Part shown: piece by piece, positions 26,775-35,500 of the stretch
How the letters are laid out: the number at the start of each line of letters is the position of its first letter
Position numbering within the stretch: the first letter of the stretch is position 1
Source: a virus
DNA length: 64,000 nt
Strand: one strand, 5' to 3'
Virus record (IMG/VR): IMGVR_UViG_3300010413_000010
Span: 1-64,000 of that record
Made by a program: the position numbers and the translations under genes
The notes under the pieces: model-generated
Seen by the model: the letters and a program-made list of their open reading frames with translations, nothing else
The model's database searches: none
What the model was told of the DNA's origin: nothing

Positions 26775-26805
26775 CAATAAATCCACAAACGTAGAGGAGA
26801 TAAGA

Positions 26806-27213
26806 ATGGATTTTAAGAATTTCGATACTAAGAAGACTTCGGACGAAGGGCGCTGGTGCCCTATCTATTCCCCTGATGGTACTCAGTTAGTGGCTGAGAT
26901 TTTAATGGCCGGAAGGGACTCTAAGATTCTGAAAAGACGGCAGCAGGAGCTTGCCAAAAAGAATCAGAGTAAAAAGAAAATCACTCCTGCCGAGGAAGAG
27001 CAGGACACCCTGATTACCCTCGCCACCTGCACTCTGAATTGGAGGATGATAGACGAGGACGGCAAAAAAGGAAAGGACGGAATCTTTATCGATGCCGGTG
27101 AAGAGCTGAAGTGCTCCTTTGATGTAGCCAAGGATTTTTACGAACGGTACACATTCGTGGCCGAACAGGTCGTCGAGTTCATGGCGGATCGTGCCAATTT
27201 TTTGCTGAGATAG
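26806..27213 (+). CDS. tail assembly chaperone (gpG-like)
   Basis: Between tail tube and tape measure; ends in EQVVEFMADRANFL. Confidence 0.85.
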   Translation: MDFKNFDTKKTSDEGRWCPIYSPDGTQLVAEILMAGRDSKILKRRQQELAKKNQSKKKITPAEEEQDTLITLATCTLNWRMIDEDGKKGKDGIFIDAGEELKCSFDVAKDFYERYTFVAEQVVEFMADRANFLLR

Positions 27214-27578
27214 CCGAGAGGTTTGCGGAAGCAATACATAAAGAGTTCTCCCTGGAATGGGAGAACGATGAGGGTGTATCTGCCCGATCCCGGCTAGAAC
27301 AAGTGTGGACACAAACAGGGATCAGACCCCCTGAATTGGAAATAGAACCGCTTCCCGTGGAGCTTCAATACCTACGGGAAGTTTTCTGGGACTTATGGAG
27401 CTCCGATGGTTGGAGCTGGGGTGAGTTCAAAGCTTATCAAGACTTGATGGGCATGGACTTCAACCTCGCTGAGATCACGACATTACGAGCCGCTCATGGG
27501 CGTTGTTCGAAATTCGTTAGAGACAAAATTAAAGCCAAGAATACTCCGAAGTCCAAGAAGTCGCCGGGGAGAAAATAA
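27198..27578 (+). CDS. gpT-like extension reached by -1 frameshift at T TTT TTG
   Basis: -1 frame open from 27198 to 27578 (FAEIAERF...RSRLEQVWTQTGIRPPEL). Confidence 0.8.
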   Translation, partial: FFAEIAERFAEAIHKEFSLEWENDEGVSARSRLEQVWTQTGIRPPELEIEPLPVELQYLREVFWDLWSSDGWSWGEFKAYQDLMGMDFNLAEITTLRAAHGRCSKFVRDKIKAKNTPKSKKSPGRK

Positions 27579-30500
27579 ATGAGTGCTGATTTTGCACAAC
27601 TCATATTAGCGATAAAAGCTGAAGGTGCTGAAACCGCGAAGAGAGCGGCCGCTTCTGTAAGACAGGAGATGGTTGGGCTGAAAGATGCCATCGAAAAAAA
27701 CACCAAGGCTATGGAGCAGAACGGCAGAGCTACCAAAAAGGGAGCCAAAGATACCGATACTGCTGCAAAATCGCAAAGGGATCTTCAGAAACAATTAACA
27801 GCATCCTCGGGCCGGTTGAAAGTTCTGGGCCGGGATATCAACAAGTATCTCACCATTCCGATGATGGCATTTTCTGGTGCCTCAATTAAGATGGCGAACA
27901 ACCTCAACAAGGGGATGGGGAATGTCTCAGCCCTGATCGCTGGACAGACTGATCGAGTCAACGAACTCAAAGATTCTGTTCGGGATATGTCGGCTGACAC
28001 CGGTAAAAATTTTCAGGATTTAACCGATGGGCTCTATCGCACTATAAGTGTGTTTCAGGATAATGCTGATACAGTAAGCCGGTTGAACACTGCTGTGAAG
28101 ATGGGTATTGCCGGTTATGCGACTACAGCTGAGTCTGTCCAACTTTTGTCTTCTGTGACAAGAGCGTATGGAGATACATCGGCGGCCGCCGTAGAAAAAG
28201 TGGCTTCGTTGTCTTTCGAGGCAGTGAGGCTCGGAGATACGACAATACCCGCACTCAGTGGAGCTATGCAGGTGGCAACTGACCGTGCAGTGCGTCTTGG
28301 GATTTCTCAGGAAGAACTCTTTGCAACTATGGCGACACTTACTGGAATCACAGGCGACGCTTCAATGGTTGCCACGCAGTTTCGCTCGGCGATGGACTCC
28401 TTACTTAATCCTACCGAAGCTCTTCAGGACTTACTGAAGAAGCTTGGATACGAGTCAGCAGAAGCTGCTATCGAAGAAGAGGGGCTCCTCGGGGTCCTGA
28501 CCAAGATTAAGGCTGCCGCTGATGCAACTGGTCAGCCCTTACAGGATTTCATCACCAGGAAAGAAGGTATCACCCTTGCCAGTAGGTTAGCTGGTGAGCA
28601 GATGGATGACTTTGTGTTTAAGCTCGGGGAGATCACTAAAAATACCGGAGCGGCAACAGACGCCTACAACGAAGTAACTGGAGGCGTTAACAAGTTCGGG
28701 ATAGAGCTTGGTAAAGCCAAACAACGACTTGCTTCAGCTTTATCTGTCATCGGAGATAATTTCCTTCCAATGATCGTCGATTTAGCACACGGTCTTGCTT
28801 TGGTGGTTGAAGCCTTTTCTCTTCTACCTAGTCCCATACAAAAATCGATTTTAGCGTTGACAGGGCTGGTAAGTGTTTTGGGTATTTACTTCCAGATTTC
28901 TGGTGCTATTAAAGGTATGAAGCTTGCTGGTGTATTTGTAAAGACGGCGACTGGAGCGGGAACTGCAACTACCGCAGTAACCGGACTTAATACTGCTTTG
29001 GGTGTAACTGGTTTGCTTCTTGGAGGTATTGCACTGGTTGCTGTCGCTGTTGGTGTTGCGTTTGCTAAACACCAACGAATGATTGAGCAGTCAGCGAAAG
29101 ACATGGAGACCCGATTAAAGAATCTTAAAGGGCTCCAAGAAGACATTATGAATTCCGGTGTAAACGACAATGCCTATAACGCTATGAAAGCTGCGTACAC
29201 GAGTAAGTACACAGCAGCAGGAGCGGTCCCGATTTTTACTAGTGACATGTCTGGTCGGACTGGTGCATTGAACAGTGGACAGACGATGACCATCAAAGAA
29301 ATGTCTACTGATGAGATCAAGGCACAGATGGCACAGTATGAACGAGAAATGCAAACTTTACGAGAGAACTTCATTGACGTTACAACTGAAGAGCTTGATA
29401 AGATGAAAATAGCAGCTCATGTCGCTATTGCTAATTTCCAGAAGGAGTTCGTTACACCCCATGAAGGGGTTGAAGGTGGTTTTGAGAAATTTCTTGCTGA
29501 AACCTTTATCATCGCTACTCCGAGTGAAATGGCTGACATAAAAACAAAGTTCTCGGACGAAGTGAAAGACTTTGAAGCTCTCTATGACTTAACCTCGGAA
29601 CAATTAGCCAATGCTCTTGATTATAAAATGAAGGCAGATAAGGGCGGGATGCTCTACGGCCCCGAACTTGAAGAGGCAATCGAAAACCTTAGAAATCTTA
29701 AAGATAAGCTGAAGACTGTCATGGATAACAAGCTAAACTGGGAGATGGCAGAGGGAGAGAATGCCACTTATATGCAACAGCTTGCTGATATAGAAGGCGC
29801 GTATGAGGCTCTCAGTTTAGCTGAGAAAGGAGTCTTCACTGCTCCTGATCCTGATAAAGACAAAATGAAAACATGGCAGGAATGGTTTGCAGCCATTACT
29901 GATGTGGACTCTGTTGTTAAGGGGATGAGTGGTATAGACGCTGCGAAAGAATACGCTAAGTCCATGGAAGATGCTTTCAACCTGGAATTGGACTTATCGG
30001 CAGCTCTCGGACTGACACCCGATAAACAGGCTCTTGTTGAGGATCAGCTCGGGAAGATAGAAGACGACATCAGGGAACTCCTTACTGGGGTCCCCTTCGA
30101 CGAAATCGATGATCCTTTCAAACTTACGGATTACCTCATGCAAGCTGATCCCGGTCTTGTTAATCAGTACAAAGAAGAGGTCAGTAAACTCGCTGGAACC
30201 GTTGCAGATACTCTCGCAGAATCCTGGAATAAAGCGGATGCTGCCGGTCAAGAATTCAACAAGACGATTGAAGCCAACGGTCTTCGACTCGAAAAGACTG
30301 AACTTACATACGACGAATTAGCTGACCGTCTTGCAATTGTCCAAGAAGAAATGGACAGGATGAAGCTCCTCAACAAAGACATCGATTTCAACGATGAAGG
30401 TTTCCGAAAGCTCTTAGAGCTGTATGACGAACTCATCGCAAAAATGAAAGAGATGAAACCTGCCTATCAGGAAGCGATGGAGCAAGTCAAAGACTTTGGC

Positions 30501-31220
30501 CAGGCTTCGAGAGAGGCAACCTACGATTGGATAGCCGATAAATTACAGCCTGAGACTGTTCAGACCTGGGCTGCAGCTATCGCAGTGGGTGTAGATCAGC
30601 TTTTCAACCTGGCTGGAGCTCTAGGTGACAGTCTTATGGCTGGTTTTGAAGATTTTGGAAAAGCTCTTTCTGAGACAGGGGATTTTGCTGCTGCTTTTGA
30701 TGAAGCTCTGACTTCTATGGTAGATAGCATCATCAATGCCTTACCGACTCTTCTTCTGAATGCAGGTATCCAACTTCTTGGGACTCCGGCGTGGCCGTTG
30801 GGTCTAGCCCTAATTGCATCTTCTGCTGGGGCTGCGATGCTGAAAGGGTTCTGGAATGCTGAGAAGAGTGCTGCCGAAGAGGGTACATCTACGGATGCTT
30901 TCGCGTCTGGTGGAGTCATCAATACCCCCGTAACATTTTCTAATGCTGGCCGCCGGTCTCTTGCCGGAGAAGCCGGATGGGAAGGAATCCTTCCTTTAAC
31001 TAGGAATGCTAATGGAGAGCTCGGTGTTAAAGCCCAGAGTGGGGGAGACACTGAAGTCAATATCAGTATTCAGAACTACGCAGGGGTCGAAGTTGAGCAG
31101 AGTACCGATGCAAATGGCAATATTGAGATAATTCTCAAGAAAACCCTCAAAGGTATGGTCGCTAAAGGCACTCTGGATAAAGAAATGAGAGGCCGGTACG
31201 GTCTCAGAGCAGGATATTAA
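27579..31220 (+). CDS. tape measure protein (TP901-family core)
   Basis: 1213 aa, Ala/Gly-rich; phage minor tail domain; C-terminal FASGGV...GEAGWEGILPL. Confidence 0.92.
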   Translation: MSADFAQLILAIKAEGAETAKRAAASVRQEMVGLKDAIEKNTKAMEQNGRATKKGAKDTDTAAKSQRDLQKQLTASSGRLKVLGRDINKYLTIPMMAFSGASIKMANNLNKGMGNVSALIAGQTDRVNELKDSVRDMSADTGKNFQDLTDGLYRTISVFQDNADTVSRLNTAVKMGIAGYATTAESVQLLSSVTRAYGDTSAAAVEKVASLSFEAVRLGDTTIPALSGAMQVATDRAVRLGISQEELFATMATLTGITGDASMVATQFRSAMDSLLNPTEALQDLLKKLGYESAEAAIEEEGLLGVLTKIKAAADATGQPLQDFITRKEGITLASRLAGEQMDDFVFKLGEITKNTGAATDAYNEVTGGVNKFGIELGKAKQRLASALSVIGDNFLPMIVDLAHGLALVVEAFSLLPSPIQKSILALTGLVSVLGIYFQISGAIKGMKLAGVFVKTATGAGTATTAVTGLNTALGVTGLLLGGIALVAVAVGVAFAKHQRMIEQSAKDMETRLKNLKGLQEDIMNSGVNDNAYNAMKAAYTSKYTAAGAVPIFTSDMSGRTGALNSGQTMTIKEMSTDEIKAQMAQYEREMQTLRENFIDVTTEELDKMKIAAHVAIANFQKEFVTPHEGVEGGFEKFLAETFIIATPSEMADIKTKFSDEVKDFEALYDLTSEQLANALDYKMKADKGGMLYGPELEEAIENLRNLKDKLKTVMDNKLNWEMAEGENATYMQQLADIEGAYEALSLAEKGVFTAPDPDKDKMKTWQEWFAAITDVDSVVKGMSGIDAAKEYAKSMEDAFNLELDLSAALGLTPDKQALVEDQLGKIEDDIRELLTGVPFDEIDDPFKLTDYLMQADPGLVNQYKEEVSKLAGTVADTLAESWNKADAAGQEFNKTIEANGLRLEKTELTYDELADRLAIVQEEMDRMKLLNKDIDFNDEGFRKLLELYDELIAKMKEMKPAYQEAMEQVKDFGQASREATYDWIADKLQPETVQTWAAAIAVGVDQLFNLAGALGDSLMAGFEDFGKALSETGDFAAAFDEALTSMVDSIINALPTLLLNAGIQLLGTPAWPLGLALIASSAGAAMLKGFWNAEKSAAEEGTSTDAFASGGVINTPVTFSNAGRRSLAGEAGWEGILPLTRNANGELGVKAQSGGDTEVNISIQNYAGVEVEQSTDANGNIEIILKKTLKGMVAKGTLDKEMRGRYGLRAGY

Positions 31221-31222
31221 AT

Positions 31223-31645
31223 ATGACAGTAGTTAACTGGCCTTCAGAACTACCTCAACAGGTGTTACAGGACGGTTTTTCGGACACCCCAGGAAATGGG
31301 GTGATCCGAAGTGATACTGATACCGGGTATCCATTCATACGGCGCCGTTTTACGGCTACTGTGGATACCTACAACATCGCAATGGCGATGACTTTTGATC
31401 AGTACCTCATCTTTCGGAACTTCGTTAAGAATACCCCGAACCACCCCACATTACCCGGCATTGCCGGAGGAAGTGTCAGGATCAATTTCCCTGACCCGGT
31501 GTGGATTCCTGGTGACGGTGAGACCGAAGATGACCGGCCGTTAATCGAAGTACGACTCGTGACAGACTCATCCCCCTACACGGCAACGCCGCTAGGACAG
31601 AGTACTGAGATGCGGGTCACTTTTAAATTGGAGAAAACCCCATAA
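31223..31645 (+). CDS. distal tail protein
   Basis: WPSELPQ, IRSDTDTGYPFIRRRFTA. Confidence 0.75.
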   Translation: MTVVNWPSELPQQVLQDGFSDTPGNGVIRSDTDTGYPFIRRRFTATVDTYNIAMAMTFDQYLIFRNFVKNTPNHPTLPGIAGGSVRINFPDPVWIPGDGETEDDRPLIEVRLVTDSSPYTATPLGQSTEMRVTFKLEKTP

Positions 31646-32130
31646 TGTCTAGAACAGTATCAAGTACTGTTCGGTCTGAAATTCAAGCTTCGGAAACATA
31701 TTTAGTCCCTCTTGTTGTGTTAACTATTGACCACCCGAATATGGCTGAACCCGTCCGGGTGGTCAACAATAATGAGGACATTGTTTTTGAAACCAACACT
31801 TACAAGGCAGCTTCGTTTAAGTTCACCCCTCCTTCACAGGAAGGGTCAGAACTGAGTGGCGCAACAATTACTATCGCAAATATCGATAGAAGCCTTATGT
31901 CGATTTTAAGAGCTGTGACCGACCCGCCTACCATCGAGGCGGTCATTGTTCTTGTAGGTGATACCGGCGTGGAGAGGGAAGCCGGACCCTGGACTTTCGA
32001 CTTAGCCGGTATTCAGTATGACAAGGATAAGATCACCGGCCAACTTACTTATAACTTCAGACCGAAACAATCGCTTTCGACCATAAAGGTCACCCTTCGA
32101 GATTTTCCCTCCCTTATTGTCTACCAATAG
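31645..32130 (+). CDS. minor tail protein (DUF1833-like)
   Basis: LTIDHP...PVRVVNNNEDI, ITIANIDR. Confidence 0.8.
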   Translation: MSRTVSSTVRSEIQASETYLVPLVVLTIDHPNMAEPVRVVNNNEDIVFETNTYKAASFKFTPPSQEGSELSGATITIANIDRSLMSILRAVTDPPTIEAVIVLVGDTGVEREAGPWTFDLAGIQYDKDKITGQLTYNFRPKQSLSTIKVTLRDFPSLIVYQ

Positions 32131-32516
32131 TGGACATCAGTAAATACATCGGCATCCCGTACCAGTCTCATGGTAGAAGCTTTGACGGCTGCGACTGCTA
32201 TGGGCTTGCTCGATTAGTGCTTAAAGAAGAATTCGGAAAAACACTCCCAGACATATGGAATTACACATCTGCAGGTCACCTGCCTTCAGTAACAAGGGCC
32301 TTCAAAGAGAATGCCCCCATCCTTGCAGATCGGGTCAAGACCCCAAAACCAGGAGATGTGATTCTTTACAGGTTCTTCGGCTACACCTCCCATATGGGGG
32401 TGTATGTGGGTGATGGAAAGGTTTTGCACATTACGGCAAACACCCACTCGGTTTGTGTTCCTGTAGATTCCGGGATTCTTCGTGGCCGTAGAGAAGGATA
32501 CTATGAAATCAGATAA
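32130..32516 (+). CDS. NlpC/P60 tail-tip peptidase
   Basis: YIGIPY..GR...DCYGL, SHMGVYVGDGKVLH. Confidence 0.9.
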   Translation: MDISKYIGIPYQSHGRSFDGCDCYGLARLVLKEEFGKTLPDIWNYTSAGHLPSVTRAFKENAPILADRVKTPKPGDVILYRFFGYTSHMGVYVGDGKVLHITANTHSVCVPVDSGILRGRREGYYEIR

Positions 32517-35500
32517 CATTACGCTGATTGTCTCTGACAATCCGTTTACTACAGACAAAGAAATATACAGTGTCGAACGGAAGACCTACCGGGAACTCTT
32601 TGATGAGTACACCCGTGGAAAGTACCCGATCTCTCAGGCTGTTATTTATGACACAGATATCAGGATAGAGGATTTCGATACCACCCCGGAATCGGATAAC
32701 GTCATTATTCGAATTGTTCCGGCGTACACTGGCGGTTCCGGCAATGCTGGTTCTGATATGGGTAAAGCTGGAAACATGACGCTCTTAACCACTATAGCTG
32801 TAGGAATAGCTATTTTTGCTGCGGGTGTGATGACTGGAGGTGTTGCTTGGGGCGTCATGGCCGGTGTTTTTATCGGTGGTGGTCTTGTCGGTGGTATTGC
32901 TGTCCTCGGTGGGTATGCACTCGATAAACTGGCGGCGAGTATGGACGGCTTGGATACTGGTGGAGGAGACAGCCTCAACGGTATTCGAGGCGGGGAGAAC
33001 CGCAGGAACGTTGGGGGGAGAATCCCCCTCCTTCTGGGAAGACATCTCATTTACCCTGATAGGGCAGCGAACCCATACCTCACTGGGATTGATGGGACAA
33101 GTGAAACTGAAATACATCTTCTCTATATCCTTGGGTATGAGAATGTCCGACCTATAGCCGGAACTTATAAGTTTGGGGATCAACTCGCGTCTGAAGTTAC
33201 TGACATTGCAAACAATTTGGATGTTGATATCGGAACCACGGGGCAACACCCTCAGTATCCTATTAGTGTTTTGAGCACTTACCCAGGGAAGGTTGTTTAC
33301 CTTGATCGTGATGATATTGAGGGGTACACCCCCCGTTCCCCCTTAGAAGATAACCTTGTTTTAACAACCCCTACAGGGACCGGTGATATTGAGATCGGGC
33401 TACAGTTTCCTCAAGGACTTTATACTCGTCTTGACAACGGGAGCGTTTCATACACAACGTACCCTTTAACAATAGAAATTGCCTCTGTTGAAGACCCGGA
33501 CACAAAGTATAAATACCGCTATGACAGTGGTGTCCCTATAGCCGGAGTAGGTAAAGCAACATTCACAGGTGACGTTGAGTTTGCATCTCTACCTTCAGAT
33601 GACACAAAAATCGGTGTTTCAGCCTACGAATATGGGCATGATTACACAAAGCTATCTTCAAAATCTCAAAGTGGGCGTCGTATCGCAGCTTCAATTGACT
33701 TTGATTTAGCAAGTAATCCAGTTCACAGTCCGTCAGGGCAATATATAATAACGGTACGTCAATATTACGCTATGGGTGATCCTGATGGGAAAATGATGGT
33801 GATGGCTGTGGAGTACGTAAACTTCACTTCGTCCAGCACTACATATCCTATAGCAACAGACATCAAAGATGATCTAACTACTATAGGTATCACCGTTCCA
33901 TCTACAGAGAGCAGTCAATCCCTGTCCGCTTTCAACTGTGAGGCCCAGCTTTATACCCGCGATTATTCTGGTTCAGGAACTGGAGCGTCTGCATGGACTG
34001 CCGGAATAGCGACAAGTAATCCCGCCTCGATGTTTCTATATCTTCTCACTGATCCTTTAGTGAATAAAGATGCTACAAAAAATGAAGCACGGATTGATTG
34101 GCCAGCTTTAGAAAACTGGTGGGCTTTCTGTGAAAATGGAGGAAGTGTAGCTGGAGACCCCTTGGAATGTAATATGACATTCCCGGATGTTACGACAACT
34201 GAGGAAGCACTCACAGCGGTCTGTAGAACGGGTCGTGCGGTCTGGACAATTGTTGACGGATTGATAACCGTCATAATTGACGAAGAAAAACCGGTCGTGA
34301 CCCAATATTTCACACCACGTAACAGTTTCAACTTCAGTGGGTCTAAACCGTATGCAACCCCCGTCTCAGAGCTTCGGGTTACCTACATCAATAAAGAGAC
34401 ATGGACGGAAGATGAACTCATAATTGATAATCCGTGGGCTACTGGGGATAGTTTCGAGGAAATTCGTGCATCAGGGATGACTTCTTATTCAGAGGCATAT
34501 CGCTACGGGCTTTATCTTCTGGCTGCCAGGACATTACGTCCTGAGACATTCACCTTCACGGCCTACATGGACTCCATTGTTTGTACGATTGGGGATCGAG
34601 TGCGGCTGTCCCATGATGTCCCCTTAATAGGGGCAGGAGTAGCTGGACGGATTACCGGGCTGGTGACTGATGGGGGAGGGCTCGTAACTCAAATATGGGT
34701 TGATGAGCAGTTTACCTTCACCGACGGGGAAACTCACCGGTTATTACTCCGGCCGTTAGACCCAACCGAAACTTTTGAGAGTGTTGAAAATTCTCTGATG
34801 GTTGAAGTTGTTACTCCAGCGTCCCTTACAAATGAAGTCTATGTTGATGGAGAGACCTATTACAGGTTCGATTTAACAACTCCCACGGATGAAACCAAGT
34901 TTGCAATTGATCAGCTCTTCATGCCTGGCATCTCTGGACAGGAGACCTTGGACCTTCTTATTGATTCAATTCAAGTCGTTGATGAGCAGTCCGTTGAAAT
35001 CACTGCGATACCTTACTCTGAGGCAATTTATTCCATTGATGAGAGTGGAATACCTGCTTATGTTGCAAACATAACTCTTCCTCCTGCCGGTTTGAACGAA
35101 CCGAACTTCTCCGGCATCTATGATCTCGCAGCTCAGATGGCTGCTTTAGAAGAAGCCAAAGCCGAATTATATGGCAAAGTCGGGTTTAGTCAGATAGTTG
35201 ACGGATATATTCCTGCTGGAGATATGTCCACTCTGGACCCTCCTTCTGCAGCGCTTACTTCACAAGGCCGAACCATATCGATGGCGATAGCGTTACCTTC
35301 AGGACTAGTTTCTGCAACCTTGGTGACTGAAGCACAGATATCGGATGATGGTGCGACTTGGTACTCTATGCAGGACGGTAGTGATCCGGCTGGTGATACA
35401 AGCTGGATGACTTCTTGGCAAGGCACACTCGATGATGTAACTGCTTTTACTGGACTGCAGTATGTTTTAAACCGAATACCCTTCGGCGGAACCGAAGGTA

